Under the pieces are notes generated by a model. It was not told the origin of the DNA. It saw only the letters and a program-made list of their open reading frames with translations, and searched no databases. Made by a program: the position numbers and the translations under genes. Positions 17,744 to 27,612 of a stretch of DNA of 64,000 nucleotides are shown here, one piece after another. Source of the stretch: an uncultured archaeon (GTDB lineage Archaea; Iainarchaeota; Iainarchaeia; Iainarchaeales; JAAZKV01); assembly GCA_964549775.1 (NCBI GenBank), contig CAZJVN010000001.1, positions 21,028 through 85,027 of the forward strand, read 5' to 3'. Every line of letters begins with the position of its first letter. The first letter of the stretch is position 1.

Positions 17744-18020
17744 CCCGCTTTAAAAGCGACTCTAATACATCTCCTTATACAAAACATATAAAAAGCTCTC
17801 GTTGTTAAGTTTGGATTTCAAACTCTAAAGGTATTAATCAAAGTAAATACACATATTAGTGGAAGTTTTAGTGATTGACTAGCACTTCCATTAATAATTA
17901 TTTGTTTTAAGAATTAATTTATTGTAAATTGTTTATTTTGTTGAAAATTATTTTAATAAAAATTATTTTAGAAAAAATTATTTATTATAAATTATTTTTT
18001 TATGTTGGGGGCGAAGAATT
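17744..18020. other. Candidate chromosomal replication origin (oriC): ORB-like inverted repeat + extreme-AT unwinding element directly upstream of orc1/cdc6
   Basis: 17860-17890 tGGAAGT-N17-ACTTCCa inverted repeat (resembles the GTGGAA core of archaeal mini-ORBs). 17808-17824 AGTTTG-gattt-CAAACT palindrome. 17891-18000 is about 110 nt with about 6% GC, containing four imperfect tandem about 14-nt A-tract units (aaaattattttag..). GGGGG at 18006-18010. Confidence 0.35.
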
Positions 18021-19229
18021 TTGGAAAATATTTTTGAAAAACAATTACTTAAGGGAAGCGTTTTTTTAAATAAAGACATTATTTCTCCTCACCACATTCC
18101 TGATAAACTTCCTTTTAGAGAAAAACAAATTGATTCAATCACTCACTCTTTAGGTCCAGTGCTTAATAATTCTAAACCAAATAATTTATTTGTTTATGGT
18201 AAAACTGGTAGCGGAAAAACTTCTACTGTTAAACATGTTTTAGAACAACTTGATGAGTTTGTTAAAAAGAGGGAGATGAATGTAATTAATTGTTATGTTA
18301 ATTGTAGGAGTCACTCTTCAAAGTACAAAATTTTACTTAAAACCTTAAGAACTCTTTATCCTGAAAAAGAATTTTTAGGGTACAGTTCTTCTTTTGTTTA
18401 TGAAAAAACTTTAGAGTATTGTAGTCAAAAAAAATCTCATTTAATTTTAGTTCTTGACGAGATTGATAAAGTAAAGGATGTTGATGATTTAGTTTATTCT
18501 TTGAGTAGGGGAAATGATGAACTTGAAACGGGTTCAATTACTTTAATTGGTATCTCAAATAATTTAATGTTTAAAGAAAAACTTGATCCTCGTACTAGAA
18601 GTTCTCTTTGTGAAAGAGAAATGGTTTTTGACCCATATAATGCTACAGAACTTAAAGAAATTTTGAGTGAAAGATCAAAAATTGCTTTTAAAGAAGGGTG
18701 TGTTCTTGATTCTGCAATCTCTCTTGCCGCTGCTTTTGCTGCACAAGAATCAGGGGACGCAAGAACTGCAGTAATGTTACTTCAAAGAGCTGGAGAAATA
18801 GCTGACCTTTCACAAAAAACAGTGGTGACTGATGCTGAAGTTTCTAAAGCTAAAGCAAGCGTGGAAGAAGAAATAATTTTATCAATGGTTTCAACACTAC
18901 CAATGCAACAACAATTAGTACTTTATTCAATCGCACAAATGACTACTCAAAAGAAAGGGGTAAAAAAAGTTACGGGAGAAATCGAAGAGGGAGTATTGTT
19001 TAGTGGAGAAATATTTGAAACCTACCTTGATCTTGCAAAAAAATTCAATGAAACTACTATCACTAGTCGATGGTATCGTCAATACATTAACGAACTTGAA
19101 ATGTATGGACTTATCCTTGTAACAAATTCTGGAAAGGGAATCAAAGGACAAACAAGATTAATTAAACTTGGTTTTGATGCTACAAAAATTAAAACTGCGC
19201 TTGAAAGAGAATTATTCAAGAAAGATTAA
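18021..19229 (+). CDS. orc1: Orc1/Cdc6 replication initiator (AAA+ ATPase + C-terminal winged helix)
   Basis: N-terminus ..HIPDKLPFREKQIDSITHSL.., Walker A YGKTGSGKTSTV, Walker B ILVLDEID, sensor/WH region. 402 aa. Confidence 0.9.
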   Translation: MENIFEKQLLKGSVFLNKDIISPHHIPDKLPFREKQIDSITHSLGPVLNNSKPNNLFVYGKTGSGKTSTVKHVLEQLDEFVKKREMNVINCYVNCRSHSSKYKILLKTLRTLYPEKEFLGYSSSFVYEKTLEYCSQKKSHLILVLDEIDKVKDVDDLVYSLSRGNDELETGSITLIGISNNLMFKEKLDPRTRSSLCEREMVFDPYNATELKEILSERSKIAFKEGCVLDSAISLAAAFAAQESGDARTAVMLLQRAGEIADLSQKTVVTDAEVSKAKASVEEEIILSMVSTLPMQQQLVLYSIAQMTTQKKGVKKVTGEIEEGVLFSGEIFETYLDLAKKFNETTITSRWYRQYINELEMYGLILVTNSGKGIKGQTRLIKLGFDATKIKTALERELFKKD

Positions 19230-19248
19230 TTATTAAAAAATTTATTAA

Positions 19249-19977
19249 GTGAATACTATGCCTCTAAGTTATGAACAAGCAAAAGCAAGAGAAAGATACA
19301 AAATTAAAAGAAAATTATTTGGGCATGTTGGAAGTGGTGCTGAGTCAAACGTTTATGCCGCTGATCTTATTTTTAAAAATAAAAGAAAAAGAAAAAATGT
19401 TGTTGTTAAAGAAATGAATGACAAATTAGGCGTGTTTTTTTCACCACACTTAAACGCTCTTGGGTATCGACAAAGAATAATTAATGCCAAAAAAGTTTAT
19501 ACTTTTTTAAAAAGAAAAGGAGTTGCAGTACCATCATTTTTTGTTCCAAGAATAAGAATGTATTCTGGAAGAGAGAGTATCATCATGGAAGATTTGCGAA
19601 TAAACCATGGAAAATTATACCCAATAAATCCAAAAAAAAGCCCAGACCCTTTATTTTTAAAAAAATTATCTGTGAAAAAAGATTATATCTTGATAAAAGA
19701 AATAGCTCGTGATTTTGCCACAATATTAAACGGTGGATTTATTCCACACGCACTTGATTTTTGGATGTTTTATAAAAAAGAAAATAGTTATGGTAGAGTA
19801 ATTAGTGACTTAACTTTATTTACTCACAAAAATGATGAAATATATTCAGCAACTCCTAGAAGTTATTTTACAGAACAAAAACAAGAATTATTAAATGAAT
19901 TTTACCATTTTTTAGGAAAAGAAGAATTTAAATTATTCTTGAAAGAGTATGAATCCCACATAACAACTGAAAAATAG
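19249..19977 (+). CDS. Atypical protein-kinase-like fold protein (possible pseudokinase), 242 aa
   Basis: Gly-rich loop GHVGSGAESNVY, beta3-Lys context NVVVKE, hinge-like IIMEDL. The catalytic-loop region reads HALDFW (no canonical HxDxxxxN) and ISDLT in place of DFG. Confidence 0.35.
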   Translation: MNTMPLSYEQAKARERYKIKRKLFGHVGSGAESNVYAADLIFKNKRKRKNVVVKEMNDKLGVFFSPHLNALGYRQRIINAKKVYTFLKRKGVAVPSFFVPRIRMYSGRESIIMEDLRINHGKLYPINPKKSPDPLFLKKLSVKKDYILIKEIARDFATILNGGFIPHALDFWMFYKKENSYGRVISDLTLFTHKNDEIYSATPRSYFTEQKQELLNEFYHFLGKEEFKLFLKEYESHITTEK

Positions 19978-20009
19978 AAAAAATTATAACAAAAAAAGTT
20001 TAATTAATA

Positions 20010-23000
20010 TTAAGCAAATTCAAATAGCGATTTTTGTTGTACAGTGTCACTTTTGAATACTGAATCTATTTCTTTTTCAACCATGTCAAGTCTTTGGATT
20101 AAATATGAAGATAAATTTTCCTGTCTTGCAATATTTTGAGCAATTTTTAAGTATTTACGAACTGAACCTTCATGAATTGTTAAAATCAAAGAAGACTTTC
20201 CACATTTGTAACATTTTCCGCTTAATGGTATTCTTCTATAAATTTCGTTACATGCAGTGCATCTAAATGTTTGTCGAGAAAATGCTCTTGCATTTCCAAT
20301 AATGTCTGGCAAGAAGTGTGAAACCATTACTCTTTCAAGAGCGTCTTTTGAGTCAACCGCCATTATTTTTTTCTGTAAATTGTTTTGTCTTTGTAGTTTT
20401 TCATCCATTGTTTTTAGTTGAATGTATCTTGACATTTTTGGTCCTTCATCAAACAAATCTGTTTCATGAGTGTAACCTAAACCAGAGTATTGTTCTTTTT
20501 TATCTAAAATTTCTTTTACTGTTTTTATTTCTTTTATATTTGGTTCGCATATTTGTAAAGATTTTTCATAAAGATCTAAAGGATAACTCCAACAGGTTTC
20601 CATTTTGTGTACTTCATCATCAACTTCGGAAGGATCCATTTTTCCCCCACTTCTATTTGCTAAAAACTTTTGTGAAAAATTTAGTAAACCATCCATTAAA
20701 AGAATTACAGAATCTTGATCCCCATCAACGTTTCTTCTCTTTGCGCAAACAAAATAAGGGTGACCAAATCCAAGTCTTGCTTTTGTGTAACCTATTACTC
20801 TTGATACTACTGACGCTGAAGTGTGAGGCGCAAGTCCTAAAACTATCTCTCCAATTAAATCCTCTTTTGTTTTTGCGTTATAAAATCTTTCAACCCCATA
20901 ATATTTTTCAAGCAAATCATCAATAAATTTACTCACTTGAAGCATCCAATCTCCACAAGTATCATTTACAATAATGTCTTGCGGAAAAATTTCTATTATT
21001 TGATCAACAGTAGTTATTTCTTTACCGAAAATGTCTGTTTTGTATCCAAGTTCTTTTATTTTTTCTATTGATAAATTAATTTCTTTTGGCTTGAAGTGTG
21101 TGATTGTTGCATTTAGTAGTTCAAATCTTGAAGTACCATCTCTAAAAATATGAACATCATGTTTTGCTCGAAGTATTCCTTTTTCTAATGGTTCAATTTC
21201 TTTTGCATCAGAAATCATCCCCTTTACTCCTTTAATTAAATCTGGCAAAGGTTCACGAAGATTACTCTTAGCTTTTTCAAGTTCTATTCTTAAATTAAAT
21301 TCGTGTTCTCCTGAAAAAAATGTTTTATTTCCACAACTAGGACATTTATCTGCAAGTACACTTTTTTTACACTCTTTACAGTAGCTCATTAATTTTGTTC
21401 TGACCTTACATTCTTGACAATAAGAGTGGAAAGATTTCTTTTTGCATTTTGGGCAAACATATTCTGCAATTTCTGCAGAAACATTCCCTGTTTCATTATT
21501 GTACTCATCAGTTGCTTTAATTATACTCCTTGTACTTCCACCTTTGAGTCCAATTGGGTAAAGTACATGCGGGTTACCTATCATTTTTCTTGGTTTTGCT
21601 TGTTCAGGTCTACCCATTCTTCCACCAACAAAAGACCCTGCTTTATCTCTTATTTTCATCTCGGAAATTTCTGATAAATAATCAAGAACAGTGTTTGCAG
21701 TAGAATCTTTTTCTTTTTTATCTAAAGCGAAAGTTTGAATTATTGACTCTCCAAACTCGCCAATTAAAATTTTTCCTTGTTTTAATTTATGAGGCAACCC
21801 AATCTTTTCAAGTAGTTTTTTTACTTCAAGATTGTTTTCAACAAGTAATTTCTTCTCATTACTCTCTTCAAGAATTTCACATTTTAATAATTCTTGTCTT
21901 AAAAATTTTACCTCTTTTTCATTTAATGCTTTGTAAAAATGAATATAATTGGGGTGAAGAGAAACACCAGTTGTCCTAGAAATTGCGATTGATTGTTTTT
22001 GTGTAACTGTTCTTGGATTTTTTATTATTTCATCTAAATTAATTTTTTCTCCAAGTTCTTTTTCTAACTTTAACTCGAGTTCTTTTTTTTCTTTTGTAGC
22101 AATAATATTTTTTAGTTCCTCTAACCACCATTCTTCACAATAACCCACAGGCACTAAGGGGTGAGAGGTTTTCTTAAAATCCCCATACGTTGTTAGTATG
22201 TCACCTAAGTAAATAATTTTGTCTACTTGTGCTTTAACAATTTCTGCTTTTTCTTTTGTATTTATTCTTTCAACTGATCCGTCTTTTAGTAAAACTATTG
22301 GACCTTCAATCGTAGTGCATGGAAAAAATTGTGTTGCTTTTCCAGGCCTTTCCATTCGACCGTGTGTTCCTACTGCAATAAATTCATCAGTTAGTATCAT
22401 TGTTCCTGGATTAATTGCTTTTGCCATTATTCCTGTATTTCTTCCCCTTCCGTATCTCAATCTAAATCCTCCCCAAGTACTTGGGTAAGCTAGTATTGGT
22501 CTCCCTGCAGCAAGTCTGTCAAGAAATGCACGGTTTGGTTTTACCTCAATTTTTGTTTGAGTTTTTTCAACTTTAGCTATTTTTTCTAAAAAACTCCAAT
22601 CAAGTCCAAGAGACTTTGCAGTCTCCATTACCCACATTGCTTTTAGTGCAAGTCCTTCAGAAATTACTAGCCCCATTCCCCCACGAATTCTATTTGTTGG
22701 AATTCTTTGTAAATCTCTATGCGCTGAAACTTCAAGTAATTCTGTTGGAACTCCATTTACACAAACTGGGCACCCTCGAATAATTATTCTTATTTCTTCA
22801 TCTTTCATTGTGTATTGTCTTGAAATTACTTCAGTTTGGTATAACCCTATTTCTTCAACATATCTTTCTATTTCATCTTCTGTTGGTTTGTATCTATCAA
22901 GTCCTAAATATTTTCTAGCAAAGTCTGCAAGAATTAATGGAATAACTGTTGAAGACCCTCCAGCTGCACGAATGGGTCCTGCAAAATAAAGATCAATATA

Positions 23001-23453
23001 TTTTGAGCCGTCAGGATTTCTATTTATTTCAATTTTTGGTATTCCATCAAGCGGAGCTACAACTACTCCTTCTGTTTCTATTAGTAGACAAGCTTTGATT
23101 GCAATTTCTACTCTTTTTTGTTCATCAGGAATACTCCACCATTTTTGTGCAAGAATTTCTTCAAATAATTTAAAGTACGCTTTTCTTCTATTTGGTTCTT
23201 CAAGAGCAAGTTCTCTAAATCTTTGAGCAAGCCCTTTTAATCCAATAATTGTTTCTGCTCGATCTGCTAAATCAAGTGCAGGAATTATTTCAACCGAATC
23301 GTTTATGTCAATTCCTTTTGATTTTGCTTTTTGTGCAAGCAAGTATCCTTTTTTTGTATGCTCTTGGAGTAGTTTGAAATATTCTTTTACGTGTGTTTCT
23401 GCCGGAAAAGGAACTTCTTTTTCCAAAAGCGAAATTGTTTCTTCATTATTCAT
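20010..23453 (-). CDS. DNA polymerase II (PolD) large subunit DP2
   Basis: 1147 aa. Characteristic DP2 blocks and C-terminal Zn-finger clusters (CPKCKKKSFHSYCQECK..CKECKK..CPSCGNK; CTACNEIYRRIPLSGKCYKCGK). Length is consistent with an intein-free DP2. Overlaps DP1 by 8 nt. Confidence 0.9.
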   Translation of the reverse strand: MNNEETISLLEKEVPFPAETHVKEYFKLLQEHTKKGYLLAQKAKSKGIDINDSVEIIPALDLADRAETIIGLKGLAQRFRELALEEPNRRKAYFKLFEEILAQKWWSIPDEQKRVEIAIKACLLIETEGVVVAPLDGIPKIEINRNPDGSKYIDLYFAGPIRAAGGSSTVIPLILADFARKYLGLDRYKPTEDEIERYVEEIGLYQTEVISRQYTMKDEEIRIIIRGCPVCVNGVPTELLEVSAHRDLQRIPTNRIRGGMGLVISEGLALKAMWVMETAKSLGLDWSFLEKIAKVEKTQTKIEVKPNRAFLDRLAAGRPILAYPSTWGGFRLRYGRGRNTGIMAKAINPGTMILTDEFIAVGTHGRMERPGKATQFFPCTTIEGPIVLLKDGSVERINTKEKAEIVKAQVDKIIYLGDILTTYGDFKKTSHPLVPVGYCEEWWLEELKNIIATKEKKELELKLEKELGEKINLDEIIKNPRTVTQKQSIAISRTTGVSLHPNYIHFYKALNEKEVKFLRQELLKCEILEESNEKKLLVENNLEVKKLLEKIGLPHKLKQGKILIGEFGESIIQTFALDKKEKDSTANTVLDYLSEISEMKIRDKAGSFVGGRMGRPEQAKPRKMIGNPHVLYPIGLKGGSTRSIIKATDEYNNETGNVSAEIAEYVCPKCKKKSFHSYCQECKVRTKLMSYCKECKKSVLADKCPSCGNKTFFSGEHEFNLRIELEKAKSNLREPLPDLIKGVKGMISDAKEIEPLEKGILRAKHDVHIFRDGTSRFELLNATITHFKPKEINLSIEKIKELGYKTDIFGKEITTVDQIIEIFPQDIIVNDTCGDWMLQVSKFIDDLLEKYYGVERFYNAKTKEDLIGEIVLGLAPHTSASVVSRVIGYTKARLGFGHPYFVCAKRRNVDGDQDSVILLMDGLLNFSQKFLANRSGGKMDPSEVDDEVHKMETCWSYPLDLYEKSLQICEPNIKEIKTVKEILDKKEQYSGLGYTHETDLFDEGPKMSRYIQLKTMDEKLQRQNNLQKKIMAVDSKDALERVMVSHFLPDIIGNARAFSRQTFRCTACNEIYRRIPLSGKCYKCGKSSLILTIHEGSVRKYLKIAQNIARQENLSSYLIQRLDMVEKEIDSVFKSDTVQQKSLFEFA

Positions 23454-24972
23454 TTATTTCACGCTCGGTCGCTTCTCTTAAAAACTGCATTTCTACAATT
23501 TTTCTATTTTTTAAATTAATTATTGGAATCGCACAAGGAGTAGGTACGTGACCTATTTTTTTTTGAAAATCACTTTGTGCTTCCCAAGTTCCAGTGTTAA
23601 GAATTGTTGTTCCTCTATAAGTTGCATAACCATTACAGTGCATATCTCCAAACCAAACAAGATCCGGTTCTTCTTTAATCACCATATAATCTTTTTTTTC
23701 AGGAACGTAAGGATTTTTCCCACCATACTTTGGCATCAAGTCTCTTTTCTTTAATAATTCTATCATCCCTTCTTGGGGCTTACTCATTTCAAGAAAACTA
23801 ACTGAACTAATAAGATCATGTACACTTGGCCCGTGGTAAACCAAATTTTTTAGTCCTTCAGTTTCTATCCATGAAGGAGAGGAAATAAAATGAAAATTAC
23901 TTAATTTGCTTAACCTTGGAACAAATTCTTTATCTATTCCTGGTTGAGGTTCTGCTCTTCTAACCGCATCATGTTGTCCAGGGCAAATAAATACTTGAAT
24001 GTATTCTGGAACTTGTAACATAAAATCTTCAAATCTTTCATACTGTGCGTAAATATCTTTTATTATTAAGTCATCATATTGTCCAGGGTAAACTCCAATT
24101 CCTGAAACATTATCTCCATTAACAAAAAGGTATTGTATTTTTCCAACTTTTTCTTGTTGTTTTTGTGTTAATCCTTTCCCGTTTAAATAATCAAAAAATC
24201 TTTGTAATTGTTCTTCATAACAAAGTTTACTCCCAATGTGAAAATCACTTACCCCGCAAGAATAAATTTCTTCATCTAAAAGTTTTGTTGGTCTTATCGG
24301 TAGGTCCGGCCAATATACTTCTTTAATTATTATAAAATCGTCTCCAACTTTTGCACCCTTAATCCCAACTACATTATCTTCCAATATCCTTTCTGCTTTT
24401 TTCATTATTTCTTTGTCTTTTTCCATTACAAGTGCAATACATTTTGTTTCAAGATCTTCAATCTCGTAAGCAATATGTCCTTTTTTAGTGGTCCATTTTC
24501 TATTAACTATTCCAATCACATCAACTGATTCATTTTTTGGTCTTGATTTTAATTCTTTTATTGGAATTGGAGAAAGGTTGTGTCTTTGTTTTAACATTGT
24601 TGAAAGCAAATCAAATTTGCTTCTAAATAAACGCAGAAAATCGTCAACCGTTCCACTTGACACACTTTTCCCAGTAACATCATTCTCTTCCATTACTCTA
24701 AACTCTGGTTTTCTTTCACTAGCAAAAGCAACAAAACTTTTTTTTATCACTTCAACTTTTTCTGGAGCCACTTGTGATAATTTTGTTCGAGAAAGTTTTT
24801 TTTCTAAAAGCAGTGGTTCAAGAACAAACACTCCCTCAGCACTAAATTCTTCTAAAATTTCTTTCCAGTTATCTTCTTTTGAAATTAATTCAATAGATTC
24901 TTTTGATAAAATTAGTCCTAGATTTTCCGCAGTAGAAAATACTTCTTGAGTTCTTGAGATATCTTTTAGCAA
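23446..24972 (-). CDS. DNA polymerase II (PolD) small subunit DP1 (OB fold + calcineurin-like phosphoesterase/exonuclease)
   Basis: 508 aa. MPP-type motifs (GDxHIG.. ; GDMHCNGYATYRGTTILNTGTW) and upstream OB-fold region. Operonic with DP2. Confidence 0.8.
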   Translation of the reverse strand: MLKDISRTQEVFSTAENLGLILSKESIELISKEDNWKEILEEFSAEGVFVLEPLLLEKKLSRTKLSQVAPEKVEVIKKSFVAFASERKPEFRVMEENDVTGKSVSSGTVDDFLRLFRSKFDLLSTMLKQRHNLSPIPIKELKSRPKNESVDVIGIVNRKWTTKKGHIAYEIEDLETKCIALVMEKDKEIMKKAERILEDNVVGIKGAKVGDDFIIIKEVYWPDLPIRPTKLLDEEIYSCGVSDFHIGSKLCYEEQLQRFFDYLNGKGLTQKQQEKVGKIQYLFVNGDNVSGIGVYPGQYDDLIIKDIYAQYERFEDFMLQVPEYIQVFICPGQHDAVRRAEPQPGIDKEFVPRLSKLSNFHFISSPSWIETEGLKNLVYHGPSVHDLISSVSFLEMSKPQEGMIELLKKRDLMPKYGGKNPYVPEKKDYMVIKEEPDLVWFGDMHCNGYATYRGTTILNTGTWEAQSDFQKKIGHVPTPCAIPIINLKNRKIVEMQFLREATEREINE

Positions 24973-25069
24973 AAAAATCTTCCTTGCAAAAAAACAGTAA
25001 AACTTTTTTCAGCACTCTTTTCTTTTTAGAACTTAACACACAATTTTAACTAAATTTCTTAGTTAAATT

Positions 25070-25312
25070 TTATTTTAGTTTTTCTTTTGCAGATTCAATC
25101 ATAGATATTGATTGCCAAATATCTGTTCTTGTATGATCCGGCATGTTAATATCTGAACTAATATCGTCAAGCAAATAAATTGCTTCACTTAGTGTTGTTA
25201 CTGTGTTTTGTTTTATTTTAGAAAGAGCTTCTTCTACTTTAGCTCTGATGTTTCGTGGAACTAGTCTATCATTAAGTATACTTTCAAGTAACTCAATAAT
25301 ATCTTCATTCAT
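25070..25312 (-). CDS. Small conserved archaeal protein, UPF0147-like (about 80 aa)
   Basis: Helical protein with ..LVPRNIRAKVEEAL.. segment recalled from the UPF0147 family. Start taken at MNEDII. Confidence 0.4.
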   Translation of the reverse strand: MNEDIIELLESILNDRLVPRNIRAKVEEALSKIKQNTVTTLSEAIYLLDDISSDINMPDHTRTDIWQSISMIESAKEKLK

Positions 25313-25455
25313 AAAAAACACCTTGCACCGAAAAAATATATTACTATCCGTATGCTACAAGAAATTAATACACAAATCCTTTTAAACAAAATCTTTAAGA
25401 AACAAAAAAGACACTTTTTTATTTTAAAAAAGAAAATAGAAAAATTAGAGGCAAA

Positions 25456-26427
25456 TTATTTTTTAACTAAAAGTTCTTCTTTTAGGTTGTTTAATCCTTC
25501 CCCTTCCAGAACTATTTTTTGACCAACAAAAGAATTCTTTGCTTCTTCAACCTGATCTTTTGAAGCAAGGTCAGTTTTTGTTATAATCACCCAAATTAAT
25601 TTATTTGAAAAAAGCTTTTTTGTTTCTGCAAATAAATTTATTTGCGCATTAAGGTCAGATAAAGGGTCTACTACAAAAAGAATTGTCCCTTTTAAGTATT
25701 GGAAAGCAGCTATTGCTTTTAACTCAATTTTATTTCTATCCTTAATTGGTCTATCAAGTAAACCAGGAGTATCAATTACTTGTATTTGTAAAAATTTTTT
25801 TGTAAAAAATCCAACATTAAGTCCTTGTGTAGTAAATGGATAAGGAGCTACTTTTGGTTTTGATTCAGTAATTTTATTCATTAAAGTACTTTTTCCAACA
25901 TTTGGAAATCCTGCTAAAATGTAACATTCTTCATTAACATCTATTTTTGGTAGTTCTCTTAATTTTTTTGTAGAATCATTATAGAGTTCAACAGGTTTGT
26001 TTAAGTTTTTCATTAATGAGCCCAGTCTTCCTAAAAATCTTTTTGAAACAATTAGTGCCTTTTTTTCATTCCCATAAACGTATTTCATTTCTTTTAATTC
26101 AATTAATGTATTTCTTCTTAGAGTTTTAACTATTTTTGCGGTTGAAAAGATTGAGGCTAGTGCTTTTCTTGTTTCATCCACATCAATTATGCATTCAAAT
26201 AGTTCTCTAGTAAAGGAAGGTAGTTCTTCAACATTAGGAAAAGTAGTTACTGCTTTTTCTAATTTTTCAATAATATATTCTGAAACCACATCAATTCTTG
26301 CAATTTCTTTCCCCTTTATTGTGTAAAAAAGTGTTTTTTGTTTAGGGTAAGTTGCAGCATTTTTTCTCCCCTTATTTAGTGCAAGATCCAGCAATTTTTG
26401 GGGTTTTTCTATCATTGGTAAATCCAT
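25456..26427 (-). CDS. NOG1-family GTPase (archaeal Nog1 homolog)
   Basis: G1 GFPNVGKST, G2 T-rich FTTQ, G3 DTPGLLDRP, N-terminal NOG1 helical domain. 323 aa. Confidence 0.75.
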   Translation of the reverse strand: MDLPMIEKPQKLLDLALNKGRKNAATYPKQKTLFYTIKGKEIARIDVVSEYIIEKLEKAVTTFPNVEELPSFTRELFECIIDVDETRKALASIFSTAKIVKTLRRNTLIELKEMKYVYGNEKKALIVSKRFLGRLGSLMKNLNKPVELYNDSTKKLRELPKIDVNEECYILAGFPNVGKSTLMNKITESKPKVAPYPFTTQGLNVGFFTKKFLQIQVIDTPGLLDRPIKDRNKIELKAIAAFQYLKGTILFVVDPLSDLNAQINLFAETKKLFSNKLIWVIITKTDLASKDQVEEAKNSFVGQKIVLEGEGLNNLKEELLVKK

Positions 26428-26562
26428 ATTGTTTCAACTCTTAAAAATAAGTTAATTTTTTGCGCTTTGCATAACATATTTAAGGTTAAGGGGTTTTTTA
26501 ATATGTACTAAAGATGAATTATTTACTATATGCCTTTAAATTAAATTAAAAATGGTTTTTTT

Positions 26563-27612
26563 ATGATTAACGATTTGTACACAGGGAGATACAAAAAATT
26601 AATGATTATTCCAATAATCATTTTAATTCCTTTACTAATATTTGCTTTTGTTTATCCAGGACTAAAATTAGGTATTGAACTTACTGGAGGAAATGTGTTA
26701 ATTGTTAGAACTGACAAAGAAATGTCTGCTCAATCAGTTGAAGAGGTTTTGATAAATAATTTTGGTTTAAGCCAAGTAAAGGTTTCAACAATTAATTCTC
26801 CTAATAGTAATGGAGCTTATATCGAGTATAGTAAAGACGCTATTATTGTTCAAGCTGAAGAATTAATTAATTTAGCTCAATTAGCTGTTGAAGAGGAAAA
26901 AGACAGTGAAGCGATTGGTTATTCTGTTCAAGCAATTAAATTACTTTCTGGAAAAGACTCTACGTTTGACAATCCAAAACTTGCCTTAATTGCAGCACAA
27001 GATGAACTTCTTTTAGCTAATGATAATTTTTCTGAAAAAATGAAAGAGGTTTTAATACAAGAATTTAATTTAAGTCCAACTACTGAATTTCAAATTAGAG
27101 AGGTTTCTCCAACACTAGGAAAAGCTTCACTTGAGTCAGGAGCATTTATTGGATTAATTGCATTAATTTTAATTACAATAGTTATTTTTATTTCATTTAG
27201 ACAATTAATCCCAACTGTTGGAATTGTTCAAGCAATGTTTTACGATGTTATAGCTGCTTGTGCAGGAATGGCTTTACTAAATATTCCAGTGTCTCTAATT
27301 ACTCTTTCAGCACTATTAATGATTATTGGTTACTCTGTTGATTCAGACATTATGCTTACTTCAAGAATGTTAAAAGATAAAACTGGAGTTCCTGGAGAAA
27401 AAGCTACAGGGTCTTTAAAGACCGGATTAACTATGGCAGGAACAACAATTGTTGCAATACTTTCAATGATAATAATTTCTTACCTTTATCAAATTGATGT
27501 GATTTTACAAATATCAATAGTTTTACTTTTTGGACTTATTGGAGACTTGATCTCTACTTGGATTATTAATGTAGGAATATTAATGTGGTTTATTGAGGGG
27601 CGAAAAAAATGA
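26563..27612 (+). CDS. secF: Protein-export membrane protein SecF
   Basis: 349 aa. N-terminal TM, periplasmic domain, then about 5 C-terminal TMs with the SecD/F signature (..LSALLMIIGYSVDSDIMLTSRM..). Stop overlaps secD start. Confidence 0.7.
   Translation: MINDLYTGRYKKLMIIPIIILIPLLIFAFVYPGLKLGIELTGGNVLIVRTDKEMSAQSVEEVLINNFGLSQVKVSTINSPNSNGAYIEYSKDAIIVQAEELINLAQLAVEEEKDSEAIGYSVQAIKLLSGKDSTFDNPKLALIAAQDELLLANDNFSEKMKEVLIQEFNLSPTTEFQIREVSPTLGKASLESGAFIGLIALILITIVIFISFRQLIPTVGIVQAMFYDVIAACAGMALLNIPVSLITLSALLMIIGYSVDSDIMLTSRMLKDKTGVPGEKATGSLKTGLTMAGTTIVAILSMIIISYLYQIDVILQISIVLLFGLIGDLISTWIINVGILMWFIEGRKK

Noticed and set aside
20318-22488. Several 78-202 aa ORFs on the + strand inside the PolD DP2 gene
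   Set aside because: Leu/Phe-rich low-complexity translations of the antisense strand of a confidently assigned gene. No independent support.
20010-23453. Intein insertion in PolD DP2 (common in archaeal replication proteins)
   Set aside because: Protein length (1147 aa) and continuous DP2-like sequence are consistent with an intein-free gene. Orc1 (402 aa) and Hel308 (704 aa) are also normal length.
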